Assembly: GCA_024225635.1 (NCBI GenBank)
Contig: JAAEMK010001003.1
Location: 3,740 to 67,739 of the forward strand
From: Desulfobacteraceae bacterium
GTDB taxonomy: Bacteria; Desulfobacterota; Desulfobacteria; Desulfobacterales; Desulfobacteraceae
Direction: 5' to 3'
DNA length: 64,000 bases
Shown here: piece by piece, positions 47,097 to 57,795 of the stretch
Layout of the letters: every line of letters starts with the position of its first letter
How positions within the stretch are numbered: position 1 is the first letter of the stretch
Notes under the pieces: model-generated
Seen by the model: the letters and a program-made list of their open reading frames with translations, nothing else
The model's database searches: none
What the model was told of the DNA's origin: nothing
Program-made: the position numbers and the translations under genes

Positions 47097-48194
47097 ATGA
47101 AAATATTTCTTATTGCAGGTGCCAGACCCAATTTCATGAAGATAGCGCCCATTGCCAGGGCCTTTGACAATCATGCCGACCTTGATTATAAGATCGTTCA
47201 TACGGGACAGCATTATGACCGCAACATGAGCGACGTTTTTTTTGAGGAGCTCGGCATCAGGAAACCCGATTACCACCTGGGTGCCGGCGGGGGCTCCCAT
47301 GCCCAACAGACAGCCAGGATCATGACGGGATTTGAAGAAACCTGCCTGTCGGACAGGCCCGACCTGGTCATTGTGGTGGGGGATGTCAACTCAACCCTTG
47401 CCTGTTCCATTGTGGCAAAAAAGATGAACATCCAGGTTGCCCACGTGGAGGCGGGCCTGCGGAGCTTTGACCTTGAGATGCCCGAAGAGATCAACCGCAT
47501 GGTAACGGACTCCATATCGGATCTTTTCTTTGTGACCGAAGAGCAGGGACTTGCTAATCTGCTCAATGAAGGCAAAAAAAACAGCGCCATTCATTTTGTC
47601 GGCCATGTAATGATCGACAACCTTTTTTACCAGCTCTCAAAGCTTGAAAATATGAACAGCGATGTTTTCCCCTCCAACCGGTTCAAGCAGGAACATCCGG
47701 AATATGGTGTCGTGACCCTGCACCGTCCCTCCAATGTGGATGAAAAGGAATCCCTGGAGTCCATCCTGACAACCCTGTCCACGGTGTCGGAAACCCTGCC
47801 CCTTATTTTTCCCATTCATCCGAGAACCCGGAAGAACATGGAAAAATTCGGGATTCAACCGTCGGAAAACATAAGGCTCATCGATCCCCTTTCCTATATG
47901 GAGTTCCTGAACCTCTGGAAGGACGCACGGGTGGCCCTCACCGACTCAGGAGGCCTCCAGGAGGAGACCACGGCATTGGGTATTCCCTGCCTGACCATAC
48001 GGGAAAACACGGAGCGCCCCATCACCGTCACAGAAGGAACCAACGAGCTCATGGGTACCTCCAGGAAAAAAATTCTTGACTCTTTTGACCGGATCATTTC
48101 CAATAGCTGGAAAACCGGCCGGCGTCCGAAATTCTGGGACGGCAAAGCCTCTGACAGAATCGCCGATATAATAAGGAAAGATAATGATAGATAA
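47097..48194 (+). CDS. wecB: UDP-N-acetylglucosamine 2-epimerase (non-hydrolysing)
   Basis: GARPNFMKIAP, VHTGQHYD, VGDVNST, HVEAGLRS, PEEINR, TLHRPSNVD, TDSGGLQEE, LTIRENTERP. Confidence 0.94.
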   Translation: MKIFLIAGARPNFMKIAPIARAFDNHADLDYKIVHTGQHYDRNMSDVFFEELGIRKPDYHLGAGGGSHAQQTARIMTGFEETCLSDRPDLVIVVGDVNSTLACSIVAKKMNIQVAHVEAGLRSFDLEMPEEINRMVTDSISDLFFVTEEQGLANLLNEGKKNSAIHFVGHVMIDNLFYQLSKLENMNSDVFPSNRFKQEHPEYGVVTLHRPSNVDEKESLESILTTLSTVSETLPLIFPIHPRTRKNMEKFGIQPSENIRLIDPLSYMEFLNLWKDARVALTDSGGLQEETTALGIPCLTIRENTERPITVTEGTNELMGTSRKKILDSFDRIISNSWKTGRRPKFWDGKASDRIADIIRKDNDR

Positions 48195-49476
48195 GAACAT
48201 AAAAATAGCCGTGATCGGTCTGGGTTATGTGGGGCTGCCCCTGGCCGTTCATTTTGGCGTCAAATTTGATACCGTGGGCCTTGATCTGAAACAGAGTATC
48301 ATTGACAATTGCAACCGCCGCCAGGACCCCACGGGCGAGGTTTCCGCCGAGGAGTTTGAACGCGCCGTCCACTTCACTCCCACGGCCGATCCCACCATGA
48401 TCAAGGATGCCGACTATATCATCGTTGCGGTTCCCACCCCCATAGACAAGGCAAGGCGTCCCGATCTCGGCCCGGTGGAGAGTTCCTCCGTCACCGCGGG
48501 CCGGTACATGAAAAAAGGAGCCGTGGTGATCTATGAATCAACGGTTTACCCCGGGGTGACAGAAGAGATCTGCGTGCCTATCCTTGAAAAGGAGTCGGGC
48601 TACAAATGGAAGCAGGATTTCCATGTGGGCTACTCCCCGGAGCGTATCAACCCCGGCGACAAGGAGCACACCCTCACCAAAATCGTCAAGGTGGTATCGG
48701 GAGACGCCCCTGACACCCTGGAGCAGGTCGCCGCCCTTTACGAATCCATCGTCCAGGCCGGTGTCCACCGGACAGAGACCATCAAAGAGGCCGAGGCCGC
48801 CAAGGTGATCGAAAACACCCAGCGGGATCTCAACATCGCGCTAATGAACGAGCTCTCCCTTATTTTTGACCGGCTCGACATTGACACCAAAAACGTCCTC
48901 GAAGCCGCAGGCTCCAAATGGAATTTCCTTCCCTTCAGACCCGGCCTTGTCGGCGGACACTGCATTGGAGTCGATCCCTATTATCTCACGTTCAAGGCCC
49001 AGTCCGAGGGCTACCATCCCGAGATCATCCTTGCCGGGCGGCGGATCAACGATAACATGGGCCGGTTTGTCGTTGAAAAGACCATAAAGATGATGATCAA
49101 TGCCGGCAAGAACATCAAACAGTCAAAAGTGGGCGTTCTCGGCCTGACCTTTAAGGAGGATTGCCCGGACCTGAGAAATACCCGGGTGGTGGACATCATC
49201 AGCGAACTTGAATCCTACGGCGTGGAGGTCCTGGTCCATGAGCCCATGGCCGATCCCGAAGAGGCCATGGCATACTACAACGTCAGGCTCTGCTCCTGGG
49301 AGGAGCTGAACAATCTCGGTGCTTTGATCATTGCCGTTCCCCACAAAGAGTACCGCCGGAAAGCACTCCCTGAATTCACCCAGACCCTTGAACCCGAAGG
49401 CTGCCTCATCGACGTGAAAACCATGATCGATATTAACGAGGTTAAAAACAACGGCGTTAATTTCTGGCGGCTTTAA
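48184..49476 (+). CDS. UDP-N-acetylhexosamine 6-dehydrogenase (TviB/WbpO-like)
   Basis: IGLGYVGLPLA, AVPTP, YESTVYPG, YSPERINPGD, KVIENTQRD, GGHCIGVDPYYL, GLTFKEDCPDLRN. Confidence 0.92.
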   Translation: MIDKNIKIAVIGLGYVGLPLAVHFGVKFDTVGLDLKQSIIDNCNRRQDPTGEVSAEEFERAVHFTPTADPTMIKDADYIIVAVPTPIDKARRPDLGPVESSSVTAGRYMKKGAVVIYESTVYPGVTEEICVPILEKESGYKWKQDFHVGYSPERINPGDKEHTLTKIVKVVSGDAPDTLEQVAALYESIVQAGVHRTETIKEAEAAKVIENTQRDLNIALMNELSLIFDRLDIDTKNVLEAAGSKWNFLPFRPGLVGGHCIGVDPYYLTFKAQSEGYHPEIILAGRRINDNMGRFVVEKTIKMMINAGKNIKQSKVGVLGLTFKEDCPDLRNTRVVDIISELESYGVEVLVHEPMADPEEAMAYYNVRLCSWEELNNLGALIIAVPHKEYRRKALPEFTQTLEPEGCLIDVKTMIDINEVKNNGVNFWRL

Positions 49477-49489
49477 TCTAAAAAAATAA

Positions 49490-50512
49490 ATGGATTTAAA
49501 AGTGATCACAGAAAAATTAAGCTCCATCCGTGGTAAATGGCTTGTAACCGGGGCAGCCGGTTTCATCGGATCAAACCTTGTCGAGACCCTGCTGAAAAAC
49601 GACCAGCAGGTCACGGGACTTGATAATTTTTCCACAGGGTTTCAGCACAATCTCGACCAGGTGCAACAGGCGGTCTCCCCCGACCAGTGGAACCGGTTCA
49701 CCTTCATAAAAGGCGATATCTGTGATCCCTCAACCTGCAAAGCCGCCTGCGCCAATCAGGATTACGTGCTCCACCAGGCCGCCCTCGGCTCGGTTCCCCG
49801 TTCGGTGGAAGATCCCGCCACCACCAATGCCAACAACATCACAGGCTTTCTCAACATGCTTGTGGCGGCAAGGGACGCCGGGGTAAAGCGGTTCGTCTAT
49901 GCCGCATCGAGCTCCACCTACGGCGACCACCCCGGCCTGCCCAAGGTGGAAGACGAGATCGGCAAGCCCCTGTCCCCCTATGCCGTGACCAAATACGTGA
50001 ACGAGCTCTATGCCGATGTGTTTGCCTCCGCCTACGGGTTCAAAACCATCGGGCTGCGATACTTCAATGTGTTCGGCAAGCGCCAGGACCCCTCCGGCGC
50101 CTATGCCGCCGTCATCCCCCTCTGGTTTGCGGCCCTGATTAAAGGAGAGACGGTCTTTATCAACGGCGACGGTGAGACCAGCCGGGATTTCTGCTACATC
50201 GACAACACGGTCCAGGCCAATATCCTCGCGGCCCTTGCCCCCGACGACGCCGCCAACCGGGTCTACAACGTGGCATTCGGGCAGCGGACCACCCTGAACG
50301 AGCTCTTTGCCATGATCCGGGACAGGGTCGCTGCCAAATATCCCCTGGCAAAGGACGCACAGCCCGAATACCGGGATTTCAGGGCCGGTGATGTCCGTCA
50401 CTCCCTGGCTGATATTTCAAGGGCGATTAACCTGCTTGGCTATGACCCGGAGTTTTCCGTAAACCAGGGACTCGATGTCGCTGCTGACTGGTACATAAAT
50501 AATCTTAAGTGA
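49490..50512 (+). CDS. UDP-GlcNAc(A) C4-epimerase (TviC/WbpP-like)
   Basis: [63 protein letters not shown]. Confidence 0.92.
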   Translation: MDLKVITEKLSSIRGKWLVTGAAGFIGSNLVETLLKNDQQVTGLDNFSTGFQHNLDQVQQAVSPDQWNRFTFIKGDICDPSTCKAACANQDYVLHQAALGSVPRSVEDPATTNANNITGFLNMLVAARDAGVKRFVYAASSSTYGDHPGLPKVEDEIGKPLSPYAVTKYVNELYADVFASAYGFKTIGLRYFNVFGKRQDPSGAYAAVIPLWFAALIKGETVFINGDGETSRDFCYIDNTVQANILAALAPDDAANRVYNVAFGQRTTLNELFAMIRDRVAAKYPLAKDAQPEYRDFRAGDVRHSLADISRAINLLGYDPEFSVNQGLDVAADWYINNLK

Positions 50513-50777
50513 TGATGACAGTTTAGGTGTTTTCTGAGAACAGAGTTAGAATGGTAATTGTTTAAGGGGCTTTAATAGTCTTTTTAGGATGATCATAACT
50601 TTGACTTCGTTGAATCATTTATGTTAGGGTTGAAAAATAACCGTGGGGGTACAGTCGTTGAAAATAATCGAATTGGGTTCCCATGTAAGCGGCTCCAGGT
50701 TTTATGAACGTTTTAGGCTTTTTTTATAATATATGCCTCGGGCTTTGCCGGTGGTAGTTTCTAAGGAGGCACACAAC

Positions 50778-53700
50778 TTGAATCAATCTAAAAATAAAAC
50801 AATTAGACTGGAACCGAGGCTTCAGGCTTTTTTGCCGTCATTCCTTTTGGTATTGTTCATTTTCTTTGCTACATGTGGTGTTTCTGTTTCCGCAATTAAC
50901 TTAATTGTAAGTAACACCGGTAGTATCTCTTCCAATCTTATTAGTAATCCGACAGGGGAGAATGATTTAGAAGGTTGGAAAGCCAGAAAAGGAATAAAGC
51001 TAAGTAAAGATAGGCTTCATGGAATAAAAATTTCGGGTACTCAAAATGAAAGCCGTGTTTATGCAGTGATTGATATTTTAAACAATCAACTTCAACCTGG
51101 TGTTAAATATAGATTGGAAGCAAAAGTAAAGGTGTTATCGTTAAGCGATAATACCTACACACCATTACTGAAATTTCAAACAAATGATATTAATGGTAAG
51201 TATGTTAGGAAATATGAAACGAACAGATATGAAATTTATTCAAAGGGAACATGGCAAAAGTTGTGGGTCGAATTCACTTTGGATACTAACGAGAAAAAAG
51301 GATATGTTGGGGTAAGTAAGGGTACCCAAGGCGTGATGTCAGCTGTTCTATACATAAAGGATATATCACTGATTCAAATTCAGAATAATAATAATAGTAT
51401 GTATCAACACGTCAGTAAGATCGAAACCTCTGTTGATAATTCCGCTCCAGATAGGATGAATTCATATCTGGAGATAGATGACAATATTTCCGTTTTGAAT
51501 AACAGTATTCATAAGTACTCCATTTTTTATGCAGCAAATGCTCCTGATTCTGTTAAACGTGCCGCTTTAGAATTACAAGAGTATATCCGTAAATCAACAG
51601 GAGCTTTTTTGCCTATAGTAAATAAATGTTCTCCTTGTAAATATGTTATCAGTTTGGGGTATACGACCTATTGCCAAAATGAAGGATTTACTCTTCAGGG
51701 AGTTGAAGCTGAAGGCTATAGAATCGTTACTAAGCAGAATAATCTTTTTATATTTGGAATTGATACACCCGACGGTCATAAAACGGAAAAAGGTGGCGTG
51801 TCTAATGGAACTTTAAATGGAACATATGCTTTTCTTGAAAAATTCTTAGGGGTTAGATGGTTAATGCCTGGTGAATTTGGTGAGGATGTTCCAAAACATA
51901 ATAGTTTCGTTATTCCGGTTGTTGACATCAAGGAGGCACCGGGTTTTCAAAACAGAAGAATGGCACACATTCAGAATGAAAACCCTTTAGTTCAAAAATG
52001 GTTGCAAAGACAAAGACAAGGATACTCATTGCAACTTAATCATTACCATAATTTTACGAAAATTATTCCGTCTGATTTATATGAAGACCACCCTGATTGG
52101 TTTCCTATGTACAACAATACAAGGCCTAAACCTGTCGGGAGATATAAGTTGGAAACAACAAATCAAGAGTTAGTTAAAGCTTTCTCAGAGCGTGTCGTCT
52201 CCAATATTAAGAAAAAGAGAATGTATTCTGAGTCGATATCACCTTCAGATAGTAATAATTGGAGTGAAAGTCCCGAAAGTAAGATGTTTTATGGTAAGGA
52301 TATTAATGACAATTATTCCGTAACTAAGCTGGTTTTAAAATTTTACAATGACGTTGCAGCAAATGTAGGGCAGGTGTTGCCTAATAATAAACTATGCGGT
52401 TATATCTATTCTAATTATTTGTATCCCCCGCTGATAGGCGTTCCTGAGGTTTTATCAAATTTGTATTTAGTTGTTGCACCTGATATCAGTTATGGATACG
52501 GATTGTATCGCCAACGTACAAGAGAAGATTATAATTATATTTTGCAAAGTTGGGCTGATGCAACAGACAATGCAGCTTACTATGATTTGCCGACTACCTT
52601 TGAACAATCATTAGGCGCCCCGAATCCGCCTGCTACAGATCTTTTGAATATTGTTTACCCAAAATTATTGTCTCTGGACTACAAAGGTGTATACATGTAC
52701 GGGACATCTTGGGGACAAGGGGCACTAACAAATTATATGTTGGCAAAGTTGAATTGGAATCCAGGTTTGAATGCAGACGATCTCAAGCATGAATTCATTG
52801 AAAGAGCGTATGGAAAGGAGGCGGCACCTCACATAACAAAAATGTTTCAAATAATTGATTCGGCAAATAAAGATTTTCATATTCTTGATGAAGAAGCGGA
52901 TTATAGACTGACTTCTGCCGCAATCAATTATATCTATGTGGAACAATGGACAAAAATTGAGTCTTCCTATAAAGCTGCAAAAGAAAAAATTCAAAATAAT
53001 TCTCAACGTAAACGACTGGAAGTCCTTGAGACATCTATGATATTATTTTATCAATATCTAAGGAAGAATAAGCTTATAATAAAAAATCCAAACTCCCCGT
53101 TTTACAAAACGGATAGCGAAATCGTTGAATTGCTTTCAGGAAATAATGAAGTTTCAAATTTAGCAATTGGGATTAAACCGAATTTAACCACACAGTTACC
53201 TGTAGAAGATGTCGATATGTGTATAACGGCGTCTCAAAGTCCCTTGAAAAGTAAGGTTAATCCATTTTTACTTAGAGGGTCAACGCGCATTGTATTGTAT
53301 GCCGCACACGATGACTTGGCGAAAATAGATTTTTATAAAGTTAGATTGTTTGGTCGTGAAGCCAGATACATTGTTAGATCTGAGAATGGGCAGGTGCTAA
53401 GTGAACAAATCTTAAACGGCAAACAAAAGCTTGAGTTTGAAGTGTTTCAAAACAGAAAATACTTTCTTGATATTATATCAAAGAGCGCTATATATGGACT
53501 GGATATCAGTGGGTGTTCCTATGCTATACGATCTGAGTTTAACGATCAGCTTCTTCATTTTAACAACAAACTGACTCCATTGTATTTCTGGATAGAAGAT
53601 TCAAATTTTCCTTTTTCAGTTTCAATTAGTTCAAACAGCTTGAAAGAAACTGCTGCTGCACAATTGGTAGCACCTGATGGATCGATTGCAGGGTTTATGG

Positions 53701-53891
53701 ATACTAGTGGCCGTATGTCGGCAGACATATCTATTAATAAAGGCAAAAGTCAAAAAGGTTTCTGGTGTCTATTATGGAAGCAACCTGCAAAAGGAAATGT
53801 TGACGATGTTTATGTGAAATTTAGTTCAAAAATTAATTGGGTTGTTCTTGATCCCGAAAACCCAATTATTGAAAGAAAATTAGTGGAATAG
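50778..53891 (+). CDS. Large exported carbohydrate-active protein (CBM-like + GH N-terminal-like + DUF4838-like domain)
   Basis: In-frame TTG 50778 follows AAGGAGG. Hydrophobic N-terminus, CBM-like domain (NLISNP..E..LEGW...GTWQKL.VEFT), then AALELQEYIRKSTGA, EGYRI, GTLNGTYAFLEKFLGVRWLMPG, HPDWF, YMLAKLNWNP. Confidence 0.75.
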   Translation: MNQSKNKTIRLEPRLQAFLPSFLLVLFIFFATCGVSVSAINLIVSNTGSISSNLISNPTGENDLEGWKARKGIKLSKDRLHGIKISGTQNESRVYAVIDILNNQLQPGVKYRLEAKVKVLSLSDNTYTPLLKFQTNDINGKYVRKYETNRYEIYSKGTWQKLWVEFTLDTNEKKGYVGVSKGTQGVMSAVLYIKDISLIQIQNNNNSMYQHVSKIETSVDNSAPDRMNSYLEIDDNISVLNNSIHKYSIFYAANAPDSVKRAALELQEYIRKSTGAFLPIVNKCSPCKYVISLGYTTYCQNEGFTLQGVEAEGYRIVTKQNNLFIFGIDTPDGHKTEKGGVSNGTLNGTYAFLEKFLGVRWLMPGEFGEDVPKHNSFVIPVVDIKEAPGFQNRRMAHIQNENPLVQKWLQRQRQGYSLQLNHYHNFTKIIPSDLYEDHPDWFPMYNNTRPKPVGRYKLETTNQELVKAFSERVVSNIKKKRMYSESISPSDSNNWSESPESKMFYGKDINDNYSVTKLVLKFYNDVAANVGQVLPNNKLCGYIYSNYLYPPLIGVPEVLSNLYLVVAPDISYGYGLYRQRTREDYNYILQSWADATDNAAYYDLPTTFEQSLGAPNPPATDLLNIVYPKLLSLDYKGVYMYGTSWGQGALTNYMLAKLNWNPGLNADDLKHEFIERAYGKEAAPHITKMFQIIDSANKDFHILDEEADYRLTSAAINYIYVEQWTKIESSYKAAKEKIQNNSQRKRLEVLETSMILFYQYLRKNKLIIKNPNSPFYKTDSEIVELLSGNNEVSNLAIGIKPNLTTQLPVEDVDMCITASQSPLKSKVNPFLLRGSTRIVLYAAHDDLAKIDFYKVRLFGREARYIVRSENGQVLSEQILNGKQKLEFEVFQNRKYFLDIISKSAIYGLDISGCSYAIRSEFNDQLLHFNNKLTPLYFWIEDSNFPFSVSISSNSLKETAAAQLVAPDGSIAGFMDTSGRMSADISINKGKSQKGFWCLLWKQPAKGNVDDVYVKFSSKINWVVLDPENPIIERKLVE

Positions 53892-54211
53892 ATTTTAACT
53901 ATTCCTTTTTACCGGACGGATAAGGCGTTATGCAAGCAACTTGCTGCTTGTATTTTTACGCAGAGGCGCTCAACCTGGAAGGTACAAAACATTAAGCCTC
54001 GACAGGCAGAACAATCCTGATACCCCCCCTCCTAACTTTGAAACATGTGCGAACCTCTTTGGGAATCACAATGTTGCGACCAAAAGAGGAAATAACACCT
54101 TTAGAAAAAACACTATAATACTTGTCTCAAGACGTTGAAAGCTTTTTAGCGAATTTTTGATGTCAACAACTTATTCATTGTTTATTAAAATTTTAAATAA
54201 AGGTGTTACTT

Positions 54212-54745
54212 ATGCGACTATCAAAGTTGTTAACAATCGTAAAAAGAGAATTGCTTAAAATCGTTTATTTTGGAAATGCTTTGAGTTATGCAAGGAGAAT
54301 TGGAGTCAAAGTTGGCTCGAACTGCAGGTTGATTAAGGTAGAGTTTGGTAGTGAACCATATTTGATAACATTAGGTGATCGGGTTAGCGCATCCCATACA
54401 AAGTTTGTAACACATGATGGCGGCGTATGGGTTATGAGAGATCAATATCCTGAAGCTGATATTATTGCGCCTATTACTGTAGGGAATAATGTTTTCTTTG
54501 GGGTAAAAACAATAATTTTACCAGGTGTTACTATAGGTGATAACGTTGTCGTTGGCGCAGGTTCTGTTGTTACGAAGGATATCCCTTCAGGGACTGTTGT
54601 AGCCGGAGTTCCAGCAAAGAGAATCTGTTCAATTGATGAATATATTGAGTCAAAAAAATCTAAAATTTTACATACAAAGGGTTTTGATAAGGCTAAAAAA
54701 AGGGAGTATCTTATGAAGCGTTTTACGAATCTCTCCCCTCTCTGA
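54212..54745 (+). CDS. Hexapeptide-repeat O-acetyltransferase
   Basis: FGSEPYLITLGD, FVTHDGG, ITVGNNVFFG...ILPGVTIGDNVVVGAGSVVTKDIP..TVVAGVPAK. Confidence 0.9.
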   Translation: MRLSKLLTIVKRELLKIVYFGNALSYARRIGVKVGSNCRLIKVEFGSEPYLITLGDRVSASHTKFVTHDGGVWVMRDQYPEADIIAPITVGNNVFFGVKTIILPGVTIGDNVVVGAGSVVTKDIPSGTVVAGVPAKRICSIDEYIESKKSKILHTKGFDKAKKREYLMKRFTNLSPL

Positions 54746-54968
54746 ATTGTTCTCAACAATTCTTTATTCTTAAGAAGTTTATAAAGAAATAACGTCTGTT
54801 AGTAAATATCCAAAAAAAATGATGTAAATATAGGCCGTATATGCATATATCCCGGTCATATAGGTTGATTTATTTATATTTACAATCGTATTGGTGCTTT
54901 CTGTTGATCAAATCTTTCTCAATATAATCGAATCCTTTTGGAGAAGTTCGTTGTTAATTTATTTGAAA

Positions 54969-56222
54969 ATGTTACGTAGCAGCTTTGTAAGAAATACGGG
55001 TGTGTTAGTCGTCGGCACCGTCTTGGCACAAGCAATGAGTGTCCTGATAATACCTGTTTTAACACGATATTATACCCCGGATGCTTTTGGCGTTTTCGGA
55101 ACAATGTCTTCCATCTTTTCTGTTATTGTCGTGGTCTCAGCTTTGAGGTATCAGTTGGCTATTGTTTTACCGGATAATGATTGTGAGGCAGTGAATCTGT
55201 ACGTTTTGTCAAATATATGTGTTCTATTTGTTTCTATAACAACATTTTGCATCTTGATATTTTATAGCTTGGAAATATTCGAAATCCCTCATAATGTTAT
55301 AGAGGCAAAAGCTTATCTTCTTTTTATTCCGCCTATTGTTTTTTTTTCGGGTCTACTGTTGACAGGCAATTATTGGCTTACTTACAGAGAGGCCTTTAAG
55401 GAATTGTCGATCCTCAAAGTTGTAAGATCCTTATTTAAAAATATTTTTCAGGTTGTTGGTGGTTTTTGTAGTTCCGGTCCGAAGGGGTTGCTCTTAGGGT
55501 TTATGGCAGGTACAATTGCAGGCCTTGCGTTTTTGATAAGTACTCTTTTCAAGGGAAAGTGGGACTATTTTATAAAACAGGTAAATTTTGACGATATTAA
55601 AAAAAATGCAAAAAAGTATTCACATTTTCCCAAATATGGTGCACCCCAAGGGGCATTCTCTGCAATTTCTTTTAATATACCTGTTTTGATAATCTCATAT
55701 TTTTTTGGTGCCGAGGCTGCCGGTCATTATTTTCTTGCGATAAGGGTGCTAAAAGTCCCGGTTGATTTTATTAGTCAGTCCTTAAGACAAGTGATTTTTA
55801 AAAAGTTAAGTTCAGAATATAACAAGGATGGTGAAATTTATCACACATTAATTAAATCTACTTTGATATTGTTTTTGATTTGTGGTTTTCCTGTTTTGAC
55901 CGTTGTTTTTTGGGGGGAAGAAATTTTTGGACTTATCCTTGGGACAGATTGGAAACAATCAGGTCTATATGCTCAGTATTTGGTAATTTGGGTGTCTCTA
56001 TTGTTTATTAACCCGCCTGTGGTTATGGCTTGTCAGGTATTGCGTCTGCAGCGATTTTTTTTGGGGTATGAGATATTTGCCTTAAGTGGAAAAATGCTTA
56101 TGCTTTTTGTTGGCGGTGCTTTTTATGATATTGAAACAACAATTTTACTTTATGTTTTAGTGAATGTTATCGGATATATATATTTGATTTTGTATGTTCT
56201 TAAATGTTCAAAACGTGCATAG
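54969..56222 (+). CDS. wzx: Polysaccharide flippase (Wzx/MOP family)
   Basis: FVRNTGVLVVGTVLAQ..PVLTRYYTPDAFG, LRYQLAIVLP, FPKY, many TM helices. Confidence 0.85.
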   Translation: MLRSSFVRNTGVLVVGTVLAQAMSVLIIPVLTRYYTPDAFGVFGTMSSIFSVIVVVSALRYQLAIVLPDNDCEAVNLYVLSNICVLFVSITTFCILIFYSLEIFEIPHNVIEAKAYLLFIPPIVFFSGLLLTGNYWLTYREAFKELSILKVVRSLFKNIFQVVGGFCSSGPKGLLLGFMAGTIAGLAFLISTLFKGKWDYFIKQVNFDDIKKNAKKYSHFPKYGAPQGAFSAISFNIPVLIISYFFGAEAAGHYFLAIRVLKVPVDFISQSLRQVIFKKLSSEYNKDGEIYHTLIKSTLILFLICGFPVLTVVFWGEEIFGLILGTDWKQSGLYAQYLVIWVSLLFINPPVVMACQVLRLQRFFLGYEIFALSGKMLMLFVGGAFYDIETTILLYVLVNVIGYIYLILYVLKCSKRA

Positions 56223-56505
56223 TTGACACAAAGCTATCCTTAAATGAAAGGATACAGACATCCTATTTAGTCTGAATCGTGTATGCCGTTCTCTCTTACA
56301 GTTAATAGTTAAAATGCGTACCCCTCCATTGGTGATGAGAGCGTAACCAACAACTCGGGTTTCGTTAGCTGGATTGATAACCCGCTTTCTTATAGGTTTT
56401 GCATGATATATCCATGCAAGATGGAAAAGGAAGATTAGGTTTAACTAACCATTTTCTTGTAAAGCCATTAATCTTATAATCTTTTAAGCTGTTTAAGTGT
56501 GTTGT

Positions 56506-57795
56506 ATGAAAAATGTGGATTTTAGTTATCGAGTATTTATCAGTTCCTTAATGTTCTTTTTGGCTAAGTGCATTGATTCGAGAGATTTTCCTATTCAAGG
56601 CATTCCACTTGTTTATCCGGCTTTTATTTTATACATCCTTTTAATAACCGATTTAAAAAAAATATTTATCGGTATCCTGCGCACAAAGTTTTTAATAATT
56701 TTAGTCTCTGTTTTATGGGTGTATCATGCCATTTTGAAAATTTGTCTTGGAATGAACTTTAGTATTGTAAGTATAGCATTATTATTTGAGCCGATAATGC
56801 TGTTTGTTGTTGCTGGTGTAGCTGCATCAAATGATGGTGGTAAGAAAGCCGTAATCTGGGCATTTATTCTTGCTGTCATATGCAGTACATTGTTTGGATT
56901 TGGTACAATTTTCATTGGTTCGCCTTTTTTAGAAATAAATGAGATATTACATTCTACATTAATTGCAAACAAATCTACACTCGATAAATTGCATCGTATA
57001 ACTATTGGGAATGCTGGCTTTTCTTTGTTTATATTTAAATTCGCTTACCAGCTTGCAACCGCATTTGTAATGGTGTTTGCATTGCTTGTTGATTCCAGTA
57101 CATCCAAGAAGGCAAAAACAAGTTTGTACATGGCAATAGTCGTATTAATTGCTGGAATCCTTTCAAACGGTGAACGTTCAATATTGGTATCTGTTTTTAT
57201 CGGTATCATAACGATGAATTTTTTGAAAAGAGAATTATTGATCTCCTTCAGAATGGTAATGGTTTTAATTTTTACTATGTTCGTCGTGTGGATAAAACTT
57301 AATTATTTTCAGGATGTTTCTGGACTTGACTCTCTTGGTAACCGAATGAATTTTGGATTGGAGGAGTTTGCAAGAGTTAAAGCTGCCTTTGTTGCGATCT
57401 GTTCAGTTTTAAGTGAGCCTTTTGGGGCGGGAGGGATGTCCGATGTCTATATTAGTTTTGCGAAAAAAAATCACTTTACCAATTCTATGGGCACGATATA
57501 TCCACCTCATAATAATTTTGCATCTACAATTATGGAAACAGGTATTGTAGGACTTATTGTTGTCTTCTTATATTTGTTTTTTATAATAAAAACATTATTC
57601 CTTATAAGAAAAGGAAACACCTCGTATCCTTTAGAAATTATCATTGCAACAGGTTGTATCACCGCAATGTTGAATTCATTTGCACATAATGTTGGTTTTT
57701 TCACAAAAGAAATGTGCATTTGTTTTACTTCAGGTTATTTGTGTGCGTTTCAATCGGAAAATAAAAAGAATCTCGGTCAAAGGGGTACCAGATGA
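56506..57795 (+). CDS. O-antigen polymerase/ligase family membrane protein (Wzy-like)
   Basis: About 10-12 TM helices, GERS motif, PFGAGG and PHNNFASTIMETGIVG (H-N motif of Wzy_C/WaaL). Confidence 0.75.
   Translation: MKNVDFSYRVFISSLMFFLAKCIDSRDFPIQGIPLVYPAFILYILLITDLKKIFIGILRTKFLIILVSVLWVYHAILKICLGMNFSIVSIALLFEPIMLFVVAGVAASNDGGKKAVIWAFILAVICSTLFGFGTIFIGSPFLEINEILHSTLIANKSTLDKLHRITIGNAGFSLFIFKFAYQLATAFVMVFALLVDSSTSKKAKTSLYMAIVVLIAGILSNGERSILVSVFIGIITMNFLKRELLISFRMVMVLIFTMFVVWIKLNYFQDVSGLDSLGNRMNFGLEEFARVKAAFVAICSVLSEPFGAGGMSDVYISFAKKNHFTNSMGTIYPPHNNFASTIMETGIVGLIVVFLYLFFIIKTLFLIRKGNTSYPLEIIIATGCITAMLNSFAHNVGFFTKEMCICFTSGYLCAFQSENKKNLGQRGTR

Noticed and set aside
50740..50760. ops/JUMPstart-like element (CCGGTGGTAG) ahead of the AT-rich cassette
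   Set aside because: Mismatch to GGCGGTAG and no surrounding JUMPstart consensus; too weak to call.
53892..54200. Intergenic segment with an imperfect palindrome and a 65-aa ORF, possible IS remnant or sRNA
   Set aside because: No transposase similarity, terminal repeats or RNA family features that I could recognise.
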